Of a stretch of 48,404 bases of DNA, positions 1-8,396 are shown piece by piece. The stretch is from positions 1 through 48,404 of IMG/VR virus record IMGVR_UViG_3300014208_000012; one strand, written 5' to 3'. Under the pieces are notes generated by a model. That model was not told where the DNA came from. It searched no databases and saw nothing but the letters and a program-made list of their open reading frames with translations. Origin of the DNA: a virus (taxonomy: Duplodnaviria > Caudoviricetes). The translations under genes were made by a program, and so were the position numbers. The number at the start of each line of letters is the position of its first letter. The stretch's first letter is position 1.

Positions 1-123
1 CACCTGCGGCGGCTTTTCCCTGGTGCGGACCCTCAACGCCGTGGGCTCGTTCACCCTACGCCACGGCCTGGACCGTTCCCTGCTCGTTCCCGACCACCGC
101 TTTCTGTTCAAGCGCGACAAGAG
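1..123. repeat. Terminal direct repeat (identical to 48282-48404); circular assembly overlap
   Basis: First 123 nt (cacctgcggc...gcgacaagag) recur exactly at the window end; the ORF starting at 48226 continues in frame into 1..1024. Confidence 0.97.
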
Positions 124-1024
124 CCTGGAGCTCGTCGGCTTCCTGCGCCGGTGGCGCCTGGACGGAACCGGGATGACCTTGTCCGGGCCGGATCAGAACG
201 TGCTGCTCAAGCGGCGCCTCGTCGCCTACTACGCCGGCACGACCCAGGCGCAGAAGAGCGCCGCGGCCGACGACCTGATCAAGGAGATCATCGCCGAGAA
301 CCTGGGCGCCTCGGCCACTGATACCGACCGCGATCTCACCGCGGCCGGCCTGACCGTGCAGGGGGATCTCTCCCAGGGGCCCACCGTCGACAAGTCTTTT
401 GCCTACGCCAACGTGCTGCGCATTTTTCAGGAGGCGGCCGACGTGGCGCGCTCCAATGATAGCGAGATCTATTTCGCCGTCGTACCCACGTCGGACACGG
501 ACTTCCAATTCCGCACCTGGACCGGGCAGTGGGGCCGCGACCGCCGCGAGACGTTGACCCTCTCCGAAGAGATGGGCAACCTGACCGACGTCGTCGTCGA
601 AGAAGACTACAGCAGCGAGGTGAACTTTGTCTACGCCGGCGGCCAGGGCGAGGAATCGGCGCGCGTCGTCGTCGAGGTCTGGGACCCGGCGCGCCTGGCC
701 TACCCCTGGGGCCGCTGCGAGGCTTTTGCCGACGCGCGGCAGGCGACGACGACCGGCGAGGTCGAGGACGTGGGCCGGGCCGCGCTCCTAGAGGGCCGGC
801 CACGGCTGAAATTTGCGGCCACGCTCCTCGATTGCGCCGGCGCGCGCTACGGGGTCGACTGGAACTTTGGCGAACGCGTGCGCGCCTCGGCCTACGACCA
901 GGAATTTGATTGCCTGGTCCGCACGGTCAAGATCGACGTCGATGCCAAGGGCAACGAGACGATCACCGCCCGGCTGGAGTGCGATCTGCCCCTCGGGCAG
1001 GCCGTCCAGGTCAACGCCTGGTAG
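1..1024 (+). CDS. Siphovirus ReqiPepy6 Gp37-like minor tail/baseplate hub protein, 3' part (true start ATG 48226, across the junction)
   Basis: Follows the Dit-like gene; motifs NFVYAGGQGEESAR, RCEAFADAR, YGVDWNFGERV typical of Gp37-like proteins. Confidence 0.8.
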   Translation, partial: TCGGFSLVRTLNAVGSFTLRHGLDRSLLVPDHRFLFKRDKSLELVGFLRRWRLDGTGMTLSGPDQNVLLKRRLVAYYAGTTQAQKSAAADDLIKEIIAENLGASATDTDRDLTAAGLTVQGDLSQGPTVDKSFAYANVLRIFQEAADVARSNDSEIYFAVVPTSDTDFQFRTWTGQWGRDRRETLTLSEEMGNLTDVVVEEDYSSEVNFVYAGGQGEESARVVVEVWDPARLAYPWGRCEAFADARQATTTGEVEDVGRAALLEGRPRLKFAATLLDCAGARYGVDWNFGERVRASAYDQEFDCLVRTVKIDVDAKGNETITARLECDLPLGQAVQVNAW

Positions 1025-1033
1025 GAGAAAACT

Positions 1034-1471
1034 ATGTCGGAAGAGATGCTGCGCCGCATGCAGGCGCTGGAGCGTGAGATCGAGCGACTAAAGGTGATCG
1101 AGATCCCGGCCGCTGGCGCGACCTGGACCTGGGGCGTGCCGTTGGACGGAACGGTCGGCCACGCCATGTGCTGGGACTACGATGGCGTGGACGGCACGGC
1201 GCGGACGATCATCGCCCATGGCACAGGAGATGTACTCTACCTGCTTGACGGCTTCTCGGCGGTGCGGGCCAGTGACGGTAATGTCGCGTTCAAGTATTCG
1301 ATCAGCGGCGGCGTGGGAACGTTGGCTCCCGGGGGCTCGGCGGCGCTCTACAGCGCCGGCGGGGGCGCCAACGTGCTGACCCTGGCCGTCGCCGCCGACG
1401 GCTCGGTAACCGTGCAGCGCACGGCCGGGGCGCTGACGTACAAGGTGGCCTTGTTCCTGCTCTGGCTCTAG
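1034..1471 (+). CDS. Small tail-associated protein (N-terminal coiled coil, beta-rich C-terminus)
   Basis: AGGAG RBS; LEREIERLK coiled coil; position after Gp37-like gene. Confidence 0.6.
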   Translation: MSEEMLRRMQALEREIERLKVIEIPAAGATWTWGVPLDGTVGHAMCWDYDGVDGTARTIIAHGTGDVLYLLDGFSAVRASDGNVAFKYSISGGVGTLAPGGSAALYSAGGGANVLTLAVAADGSVTVQRTAGALTYKVALFLLWL

Positions 1472-1477
1472 GGTGTC

Positions 1478-2239
1478 ATGAGGAAAGCAATGCCGAACAA
1501 GGTGGGGATGGTGGTCGGTTACTATCCGGCGCAAATTGACTGGGTGCAGCTCTGCGCCCTACACGCCAATGGTCTGATTATCCTGGACGAGTACGACTTG
1601 CCCGGGGATTGGCTGCCCGGACACATCGTCGTCTATCGCGGCGGGAGCGACAAGAAACACGTTGTGCTCAACTGGAATCCGGCCGGGTATGCGCAATACC
1701 TCTACGCCTGGCATCGACAGAAGGGCAATCGCTTCTGCAACGACCTGCTCTGGCTCAACGAGCCGAACGTTCCTTTGGAATCCGGCTACAATGACCCATC
1801 CGAGGCGATTGCCCATACCGTGAATTGGGGGCTGGCCGGCGTGGAGGAGCTACGGCGTCTCTACCCCGGCAAGCGTTTGCACAGCCCGCCCCTTTCCCCT
1901 TCCCCCGAGTACGGCGACTGGCGCGCCTTGTACACGCAGATGCGCCCGCTCGTCGAGGCCTGCGACGTGCTGGACGTGCACGACTATTTGGACTGCGGCG
2001 TGGACCTGGAGTATCTACATAGTCTCTACCCCGACAAGCCGGTGATCGTTAGCGAGTGCGGGCGGCCCGGGCAAGGAATGGCGGAGTACGGGCGGCAGCT
2101 CGTGGACTACTGGCGGCATTTGCCTGGTTTTGTGGAGTTTGCCGCGCCGTTCATCTGGTGCGCCCCGGGCGACGATTGGCGCGACTGGCGGCTGCAGGGA
2201 ACGGCGGCGGCGCGGGTGATCCTGGAGGCGGGGCTTTGA
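1478..2239 (+). CDS. Clan GH-A (TIM-barrel) glycoside hydrolase-like protein
   Basis: WLNEPN acid/base motif, DVHDY, and PVIVSECG nucleophile motif. Confidence 0.7.
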   Translation: MRKAMPNKVGMVVGYYPAQIDWVQLCALHANGLIILDEYDLPGDWLPGHIVVYRGGSDKKHVVLNWNPAGYAQYLYAWHRQKGNRFCNDLLWLNEPNVPLESGYNDPSEAIAHTVNWGLAGVEELRRLYPGKRLHSPPLSPSPEYGDWRALYTQMRPLVEACDVLDVHDYLDCGVDLEYLHSLYPDKPVIVSECGRPGQGMAEYGRQLVDYWRHLPGFVEFAAPFIWCAPGDDWRDWRLQGTAAARVILEAGL

Positions 2240-2251
2240 GAACTGCCCTCC

Positions 2252-2280
2252 TTGCCGGGCGGCTCAACTCATGGTATAGT
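2252..2280 (+). promoter_or_regulatory. Sigma70-type promoter firing antisense into the integrase 3' end
   Basis: TTGCCG-17 nt-TATAGT with extended TG (TGgTATAGT). Confidence 0.6.
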
Positions 2281-2294
2281 GTATGGGCGGCGGG

Positions 2295-3896
2295 CTAGTC
2301 CGCCACGGGAACGAACAAGGGGATTTCCAGGACAAAGGGAATCCCGCTATTTTGTTCTGCTTTTGCTGAAGAAGCGGACAATTCAACCGGGCAGTTCACG
2401 GGGAACACTCCCGATAGGTGCCCCCAGGGTACGGCGCCACGCCATTCGATTTGCACGAGCAGGTGCAGCTGTTGCAGGGTGGTGCGCTTTTCCTGGGGCG
2501 TGAGCAAGTCGATACGCCGGCCGATCTCGTAGGCCAGGTCGTGCGCGCCCTGTAGCTGCCCGGTCGTCAGCGGGGCGGGCGGCGTGCGTTCCTCCAGCTC
2601 GTGCAGCTGCCGGCTGAGCTCGTCGATCTCTGCTTGCAAATGGGCCCGCCGGCGCAGGTACTCCGTGCGGCTAAGGCCGCCCTCCGGATCCAGGTACAGG
2701 TCGACCAGGTTGGTCATCCGCGCGGCCGCCTTTTCCTGCTGCCGGCGCAAACCAGCTTTTTCCGCCTCTTGCTCCTGGCCTTGCGCCCCGGCCTGCTGCT
2801 GCAGCTGCTGATAGCCCAGGAGGAGCGAATCCGGATCGAGTAAGAGGCTGCGCATCGCGGCCCACACGGGTTCCTCTACCCGCCGGGCCCCGATGTCCTT
2901 GTGCTTTCCTCCGCCATCGCGGTAGGCTCGCCAGCGCTTGCTGACCCGGCCCGAATACGCTTTCTTGCATTCCCAGCAGCGGACCATCCCGGACAGCAGG
3001 TAGAAGGCCCGTGGCTTGCGGCGGGAAAAGTGGCTGCATTCCTCGAGACGGACCTGGGCGGCCTGCCACAGGGCCCGGTCGACAAGCGGCGGCGTCGGGT
3101 AGGCGATCCACTCGTCGCGCGGGCGCAGCCGGCGATAGTTGGTGCGCGACTCCAGCGTCTGCATCTTGTTGTAGTAGCCCGTTCCGGCATAGGCCTCGTT
3201 TTGCAGGATGTGATAGACGGCCGTGCGATACCACGGCTTGAGCCGGCCGTCCTCGTCGCGGTGCTGCTGGTGGGTCGGGAGGCCTCGTTCGTTGAGCGCG
3301 CGGGTGATCTCATTCAGCGATTCCAGCCGGTGCACGTAGCGGTCAAAAATCTCGCGCACGACGCTGGCCTGCTCGGGCACGATTGCCAGCGCGTCGCCGA
3401 CGTAGGCGTAGCCGTAGGCCGGCCGGCCGATCCCGGGCGGCGTGCCGCTCCGAGCCTTTTGCTTCTTTCCGGAGAGGGTCCGCTGCAAGGTCTTGGCCCG
3501 CTCGTATTCGGCGATCGAGGCGCGGATGTTTTCCTGCAGCCGCCCCTCGTCGTCTTTGCTGTAGGTCGCGGTCCAGTAATGGACCTCCAGGCCGTAGCCT
3601 TCCATCTCCTCGCGAAAGAGCAGCTGCAGCACCAACGAGCGGGCAATCCGGTCCACGTCGCGGGCGACGAACACGTCAAAGGCGCCTTGTTCGGCCAGGG
3701 CCCGCACGCGGTTCAGCCCCGGGCGGTCCAACGTCTTGGACCATTCGTCCGGGTCGGTGATTTCGGCGACGACGATCAGGCCGTGCTGGGCGCAGTACTC
3801 GCGGGCCTCGTGGAGCTGGCCGTCGATGCTGTAACTCGTGTGCTTTTCTTCCCTACGCGGGTCGGGACTCTTCCGGGCATAGATCAGCGCACGCAT
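2295..3896 (-). CDS. Large serine recombinase (phage integrase)
   Basis: IYARKS catalytic motif, DRPGL, DRIAR, YGY, recombinase domain, LLSGMVRCWEC zinc ribbon and coiled coil; ATG 3896 has a GAAAGGAAGG RBS. Confidence 0.95.
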   Translation of the reverse strand: MRALIYARKSPDPRREEKHTSYSIDGQLHEAREYCAQHGLIVVAEITDPDEWSKTLDRPGLNRVRALAEQGAFDVFVARDVDRIARSLVLQLLFREEMEGYGLEVHYWTATYSKDDEGRLQENIRASIAEYERAKTLQRTLSGKKQKARSGTPPGIGRPAYGYAYVGDALAIVPEQASVVREIFDRYVHRLESLNEITRALNERGLPTHQQHRDEDGRLKPWYRTAVYHILQNEAYAGTGYYNKMQTLESRTNYRRLRPRDEWIAYPTPPLVDRALWQAAQVRLEECSHFSRRKPRAFYLLSGMVRCWECKKAYSGRVSKRWRAYRDGGGKHKDIGARRVEEPVWAAMRSLLLDPDSLLLGYQQLQQQAGAQGQEQEAEKAGLRRQQEKAAARMTNLVDLYLDPEGGLSRTEYLRRRAHLQAEIDELSRQLHELEERTPPAPLTTGQLQGAHDLAYEIGRRIDLLTPQEKRTTLQQLHLLVQIEWRGAVPWGHLSGVFPVNCPVELSASSAKAEQNSGIPFVLEIPLFVPVAD

Positions 3897-4056
3897 CTTC
3901 CACCTTCCTTTCGGGGTCAATGGCCAGGATCATGGTATAGATAGCGGCCAACGCGCGAGCGAATTCAGCCTCATTATAGTCGCTTTGGGGCTCCACTTCA
4001 AGAGCCAGTTGCGGCGCGTGAGTTTCCATTTGCAGCAAATCCGCTCGTTTAGCCAC
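3853..4056 (-). CDS. Small hypothetical protein overlapping the integrase start
   Basis: GTG start overlapping the upstream gene end with AGGA RBS; helical AEFARALAAIYTMIL segment. Confidence 0.5.
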   Translation of the reverse strand: MAKRADLLQMETHAPQLALEVEPQSDYNEAEFARALAAIYTMILAIDPERKVEDACADLCPEESRPA

Positions 4057-4405
4057 GGAATTTCCTCCCGGCCTTGACGATCATCAGGCCGACGAACGTC
4101 ACGATCAGCACCCCCGGTATTCCCCACTGTCCGTACAGCACCCACCCGGCGAAGGCAAGTAGTAGCGCCGCCGGTATCCACTGGCGCAGCATCCCCCTCG
4201 TTGACCGCCACGGATGCATCAGCCAATGATGCCAGGGGCAGAGAACGACCAGGTCGCCCGCGCGCTCGTGGCCCAGCCTTTCGTACGTCGCATGGTGAGC
4301 GTGCAACTTGCCCCGACGGTGACAACGTGAGCAGCGGTAGCCAGCGCGGGCGTAGGCTTCCTTTCGAGTGGCGTCCCAGTTGGAAGGAAGGTAGCGGCGG
4401 GTCAC
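4049..4405 (-). CDS. HNH endonuclease with C-terminal transmembrane hairpin
   Basis: CSRC...LHAHHATYERLGHE...DLVVLCPWHH HNH motif followed by two hydrophobic segments; GTGA coupling at 4402-4405. Confidence 0.8.
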   Translation of the reverse strand: MTRRYLPSNWDATRKEAYARAGYRCSRCHRRGKLHAHHATYERLGHERAGDLVVLCPWHHWLMHPWRSTRGMLRQWIPAALLLAFAGWVLYGQWGIPGVLIVTFVGLMIVKAGRKFRG

Positions 4406-4539
4406 AAGTCCCCCTGTCGGCTTTTTATCCGCCGGACAATCCACCGGGCGAGGAATACGGGTATCTTTACCCGAAGTGGTACGCCGGGGTCAGATAGTAG
4501 CTCATCGGACAGGATAAGGAAATCGCGGACGGCTCTCAT
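4402..4539 (-). CDS. Hypothetical protein (45 aa)
   Basis: ATGA/GTGA translational coupling on both sides. Confidence 0.5.
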   Translation of the reverse strand: MRAVRDFLILSDELLSDPGVPLRVKIPVFLARWIVRRIKSRQGDL

Positions 4540-4799
4540 TTCTTGCCCTCTAGGGCAGGCGGAAGAAAACACCCGTCCTTGTTTTTGTCGTGCCGCCAAT
4601 TCGCCAGCGGCCCTTGCCAGTGATTCCACATCATATCGTAGGCCTGGCGTTTCGATCCGCTTGAATTAATCATCTGCTCGGCGGCTGCAATGAATCCGTC
4701 GCAATAACCACGCCGGTACGCATCCTCTAGGTCGCTGGCAGTAATCTCGCGTGGCGCGTAAGCGTCAACCAGTGTGTTTATTTTCCATTCGTTCATCAT
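4536..4799 (-). CDS. Hypothetical protein
   Basis: Coupled ORF; AYRRGYCDGF motif common in small phage proteins. Confidence 0.65.
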   Translation of the reverse strand: MMNEWKINTLVDAYAPREITASDLEDAYRRGYCDGFIAAAEQMINSSGSKRQAYDMMWNHWQGPLANWRHDKNKDGCFLPPALEGKK

Positions 4800-5122
4800 T
4801 TCCCCCTATACCGTACGTCCACCTTTGGCTTATACTGCCCCTGCGCGTCGGAGCTGTCAACGGTGGCACTCGCGCCCCCCTCTCCGCTGTCATCATCAGG
4901 CGCGTGAAAGCGGCAACCGAACTCATCTTCCCGGTAGTAGATGTGACCGTTGTCGCGGATATCCCGCAGGAGTTCGTGCACAGTTGAGCAACGTATTGCT
5001 TTGGCGGGGAAGTATCGTATCCACTGGGCATCCATCACGGTGGGGTTTAAGCACTCCCCCCACGAGTTCACGGTTGATACCTTGAAGTTGAAATGCTTAC
5101 ACGTCTTGCAGGTTGGTAACAT
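4796..5122 (-). CDS. Hypothetical Cys-containing protein
   Basis: CKTCKHF...GEC...FGCRFH pattern; coupled to neighbours. Confidence 0.65.
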   Translation of the reverse strand: MLPTCKTCKHFNFKVSTVNSWGECLNPTVMDAQWIRYFPAKAIRCSTVHELLRDIRDNGHIYYREDEFGCRFHAPDDDSGEGGASATVDSSDAQGQYKPKVDVRYRGK

Positions 5123-5284
5123 CTATTCCCCCTTCCCCCGCCATAAGGTGACGGCTTGCTCCAACGCATCGGCGCACCGCCGTACTTCCTTGCAGAGTAC
5201 GGCAAGGTTTGAGCCGATGATGGCTAGCATGAACAGGATGGCAGTCACCAAGACAATCCAGGTGAACGACAATAACCCGCCCAT
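5123..5284 (-). CDS. Small single-pass membrane protein (53 aa, MGGLLSFTWIVLV...)
   Basis: Fills the gap exactly; GGAGGGG RBS; hydrophobic N-terminus. Confidence 0.6.
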   Translation of the reverse strand: MGGLLSFTWIVLVTAILFMLAIIGSNLAVLCKEVRRCADALEQAVTLWRGKGE

Positions 5285-5628
5285 TATTCCCCCTCCGCCC
5301 GTTCGACGGCGAGGTCGGTGTGGAGCTTCCCGATTTCTATTTGCGCAGCAGCAACGGCGGCATAAAGACGTTTTGCCAATTTGTGCCAGCGCCTAGACCA
5401 CTTACGGGCATCCCGAACGCGAGCGCCAAGAGCGGCGCAGGTGGCTTCGGACAGGTCTCGCTGGCGTGTTATGCCCGCAACCCGATCAGCAATCGCGTCG
5501 ATTATCTGGTTACGCTCTTCATGCATTCGCTTAAAGGCATAGAGCGCGCTTCGTCCGGCCTCGTTCTCGTGCGTAACGCTGTCCTGTAGCGTAATCAGGT
5601 CGCGCAACTGCTCTCGAATGTCGCTCAC
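5284..5628 (-). CDS. Coiled-coil hypothetical protein
   Basis: Coupled ORF with heptad character; ARKWSRRWHKLAK. Confidence 0.65.
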   Translation of the reverse strand: MSDIREQLRDLITLQDSVTHENEAGRSALYAFKRMHEERNQIIDAIADRVAGITRQRDLSEATCAALGARVRDARKWSRRWHKLAKRLYAAVAAAQIEIGKLHTDLAVERAEGE

Positions 5629-5969
5629 GGCTCACTCTCCTTGACTATCACGGGTAAATACTGCTGACGCCAGGGATAGAATGGCACCGTCGGCTCTGGC
5701 GTCCGGGACGGTCTCCGTGTGGGCATCGGATAAGCTGTACTCGGCACCGTCGGCAGCGGCGTCCCGGTCGGGCAGCACGGCGTCGGGCTAGGGAACCGCG
5801 TTGGCTTGCCCGTCGGACACGGGCGGGCGGCCACCGTCGGGGTCGGGGTCAGAGGCGGCATCGGCGGATGGGCGGATGCAACGAGTAGCGAACCGACGCA
5901 TAATATGAGCGCCAATAGTGCCACCACCAGTATTTCCAAAGCCGTGAATGCGTCCAAGACGTGGTACAT
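5625..5969 (-). CDS. Secreted/membrane Pro-Thr-rich protein with C-terminal YLPVIVK motif
   Basis: AAGGAG RBS; hydrophobic signal, PT repeats, terminal QQYLPVIVKESEP. Confidence 0.75.
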   Translation of the reverse strand: MYHVLDAFTALEILVVALLALILCVGSLLVASAHPPMPPLTPTPTVAARPCPTGKPTRFPSPTPCCPTGTPLPTVPSTAYPMPTRRPSRTPEPTVPFYPWRQQYLPVIVKESEP

Positions 5970-5979
5970 CGGCTTCTCC

Positions 5980-6723
5980 TTATTCACAATGAACACTCTC
6001 AAACTTGCAGACTTCCAGCGGAAACATCTCATCTTGTTGCACCCCGGCGGGCAGGGATGACAACCCAATCGATGTCCGCAGGGCGCGTAACTCGGCACAA
6101 CGCGCCGGGTACATCTTCTCATCGCGAATCAGGTCGCACAGTTTGTGATTGACGCACCACACGCAGCCAACGCGGGCGCGGCCTCTGCCATAGGCAGGAT
6201 GCGCCATAATCCCATAGTCGGCAAGGCCTTGAAACATCGCCTGTTTATCGAAGTCTAGCGCGGGCCGGTAGGCGGAGCGCCCCGAGCGCACAATGGGTGA
6301 AAAGTCGGGCAGTTCTGAACGCTTGCGGCTTTCATCCCGGCGCTGGCCTAGAATAATCAGCGCGTCGGGGGGCGTGCCGGTTGCCTCCAGATACCACTTG
6401 AAATTGTCGATCTTGACGGCGCGGCTCACCATGCACTTTCCGTGCATCGGCCACATTCCCCGGCGGCGTACCATTTCATCGAAGCTATAGCCGTCCCGCT
6501 TTTCTACCTCCGCCTTGACGCCGGTTGCCCGCTCGATATAGTGCAGATATTCGGGCGTGTCGGGCGGCTCGTTGCCCGTATCGGCCATAATCGCGCGGAT
6601 AGGCTTGCCGGTTTCCAGCGCCCACAGCAGACACCACGTTGAATCCACTCCGGCGCTGTAACTGACAATGACCTGGCTGAAATAGGACAGTACCTCGCGG
6701 TCGCGGTCGGTTATGGCAATCAC
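5980..6723 (-). CDS. PAPS reductase-family (PP-loop, DndC-like) protein
   Basis: VSYSAGVDS PP-loop, ADTGNE, GQRRDESRKR, HPAY..G..RVGCVWC. Confidence 0.85.
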   Translation of the reverse strand: MIAITDRDREVLSYFSQVIVSYSAGVDSTWCLLWALETGKPIRAIMADTGNEPPDTPEYLHYIERATGVKAEVEKRDGYSFDEMVRRRGMWPMHGKCMVSRAVKIDNFKWYLEATGTPPDALIILGQRRDESRKRSELPDFSPIVRSGRSAYRPALDFDKQAMFQGLADYGIMAHPAYGRGRARVGCVWCVNHKLCDLIRDEKMYPARCAELRALRTSIGLSSLPAGVQQDEMFPLEVCKFESVHCE

Positions 6724-6815
6724 CGCGCCACCTCCAGCAACAACGATGCGGCCAGGATGCCGGCGGGTAGACAGGCCAGGAGGAGGAGGGAGAGAAGGAA
6801 GAAGCGGCGGGTCAT
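6720..6815 (-). CDS. Tiny membrane peptide (31 aa, MTRRFFLLSLLLL...)
   Basis: ATGA/GTGA coupled; GGAGG RBS; hydrophobic. Confidence 0.5.
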   Translation of the reverse strand: MTRRFFLLSLLLLACLPAGILAASLLLEVAR

Positions 6816-7120
6816 CGTAGCGCCTCCTTGATTTGTGCCACTACCGCCGGCACCATCTCCGGCGTGGCGCGGAATACCCGCCAGCCCAGCAGCGCGGCAG
6901 AGTTGTACTTTTCACAGTCCTTGGCATACCCGGCGGCGCGGTTGTGACGACCGCCTCCTTGGAGCCACGTCCCGCCCTCCACTTCGAGCGCGACCTTGCC
7001 GTGAGCAGGCCAGGCGAAATCAAAAAGCCAGCGGCGTACCGGATGAAAGCGATACTCGGCTTCCGGTTGCGGTAGGCCCATTTGAGCGCAGAGCATCGGC
7101 ACGAGGTAGTTATTGGGCAT
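6812..7120 (-). CDS. PD-(D/E)XK endonuclease (DUF559/Vsr-like, possible resolvase)
   Basis: EYRFHPVRRWLFDFAWP...VALEVEGG...DCEKYNSAALLGWRVFR signature. Confidence 0.8.
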   Translation of the reverse strand: MPNNYLVPMLCAQMGLPQPEAEYRFHPVRRWLFDFAWPAHGKVALEVEGGTWLQGGGRHNRAAGYAKDCEKYNSAALLGWRVFRATPEMVPAVVAQIKEALR

Positions 7121-7328
7121 CGCCCACCTTCCTCTCGTACTTCTCCAGCAGCTCAATCACGCCGATAACGTCGTTCTTGCAGCATCCCCAGTTTCCGCCC
7201 GCCAGTGACCAGCACAAACTAGTGAGCCCAGCGGCCTCGATGCGCGGATCGTCGCGTAGGATGTAGGCGGCGAGGCTGGGGTCAGTGTCCAGCAGGAAGC
7301 GGGCCTCGACAACCACGTCTCTAGGCAT
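7110..7328 (-). CDS. Hypothetical protein
   Basis: RBS and overlap coupling. Confidence 0.55.
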   Translation of the reverse strand: MPRDVVVEARFLLDTDPSLAAYILRDDPRIEAAGLTSLCWSLAGGNWGCCKNDVIGVIELLEKYERKVGDAQ

Positions 7329-7533
7329 CGCTTCCCCCTGTCACAAAACGAGATGTTTCTAAGTTGAACATCTTGCGGTCCCTGAACTCTTCTTTCTTGC
7401 CAATGTTGAAATCCTGAACGGCGGCGTAATAACCGACCACCCTGGCCATTACGAGGCAAGGAACCTTGACCTCGCCCTGTTCCAATCCCTCGGAAGATGT
7501 AGCAATCTCACTATTCAATGTAACATTGTCCAT
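7321..7533 (-). CDS. Stand-alone C-terminal glycyl-radical domain of class III (anaerobic) ribonucleotide reductase
   Basis: CLVMARVVGYYAAVQDFNIGKKEEFRDRK matches the NrdD C-terminal RxxGY...FNxGKxxEFxDR motif; only 70 aa. Confidence 0.8.
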   Translation of the reverse strand: MDNVTLNSEIATSSEGLEQGEVKVPCLVMARVVGYYAAVQDFNIGKKEEFRDRKMFNLETSRFVTGGSDA

Positions 7534-7582
7534 TTATGCCACCTCACATCTAAGTTCTAAGTCTAAGAAAGTTGCCGCAAAC

Positions 7583-8287
7583 TCACGCTTTTGCCGTTTC
7601 CGCCCGGTTGCTTGACATATAACCGTCGTCCCATTGCGCGTTGAACTCCTCTACCGCCTCTTCCTCTGGCAGCGCCAGCCGCCCCTTGCTTTTCGGCTTT
7701 CTGTCAACCACGAGGCCCATCAAAACGAGGATCCCCCGGCGGCTATCTAAGGCATAGTCGAAAAGCTCGCGGCTGAAATGCCCCGACGCCACCAGCGCCT
7801 CTTCCGTCAGGCCATAGCGATAACAACCGCGTAGCAGTTGCTCCAGGTCCGTTTTCGTCGTGTCGGGGCGCGGCGCATTTTGGCGGTTGCCGTGAATCAC
7901 CAGTGGCTCGGGGCGGCCTGTGCCGATCACGCCGTCGCCGTCCAAGTCCCGGTTGAGCTGGCGCTCCAAGATAGCAATCTGTACATCCTTCTCTTCCTCG
8001 CTCATACAGGCGACGTTGGCCAGGGCGACGCGGACATTGCGGCGGTCTATGGCCGCGTCAACGGCCTCCCAGCCCAGATACCCGGTTGCCCCCAGGAATC
8101 CGGCGCAAGCGCAGACTAGAAGCCAACGCAGAGCGCCGGATGTCCACGGGTCAAAGATGATTGGCACGAGTAGACCGGTGATACAGAGGCAGGCGACGGT
8201 GACAAACCAGCGCCCGACGATTCCCGATGCGCCCGGGATTCCCGGCAATTCCCGCAGAGCCTTATTGACTAGCCGTTTTTCTTCCAT
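7583..8287 (-). CDS. Two-TM membrane protein with DxDxDG loop and C-terminal soluble domain
   Basis: Two hydrophobic helices, RDLDGDGVIG motif. Confidence 0.7.
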   Translation of the reverse strand: MEEKRLVNKALRELPGIPGASGIVGRWFVTVACLCITGLLVPIIFDPWTSGALRWLLVCACAGFLGATGYLGWEAVDAAIDRRNVRVALANVACMSEEEKDVQIAILERQLNRDLDGDGVIGTGRPEPLVIHGNRQNAPRPDTTKTDLEQLLRGCYRYGLTEEALVASGHFSRELFDYALDSRRGILVLMGLVVDRKPKSKGRLALPEEEAVEEFNAQWDDGYMSSNRAETAKA

Positions 8288-8288
8288 G

Positions 8289-8396
8289 TTATCCCCTCGT
8301 GGCCAGGATGAAGGCCACGGCAGAGACCAGGGCCAGGGTGCCGACCAGTATGAACAGGAACCAGAACAAGAGTGAGACTAACCGTTTATCGCTCAT
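8289..8396 (-). CDS. Tiny membrane protein (35 aa, MSDKRLVSLLFWFLF...)
   Basis: ATGA coupling, GAGGGGG RBS, hydrophobic. Confidence 0.55.
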   Translation of the reverse strand: MSDKRLVSLLFWFLFILVGTLALVSAVAFILATRG

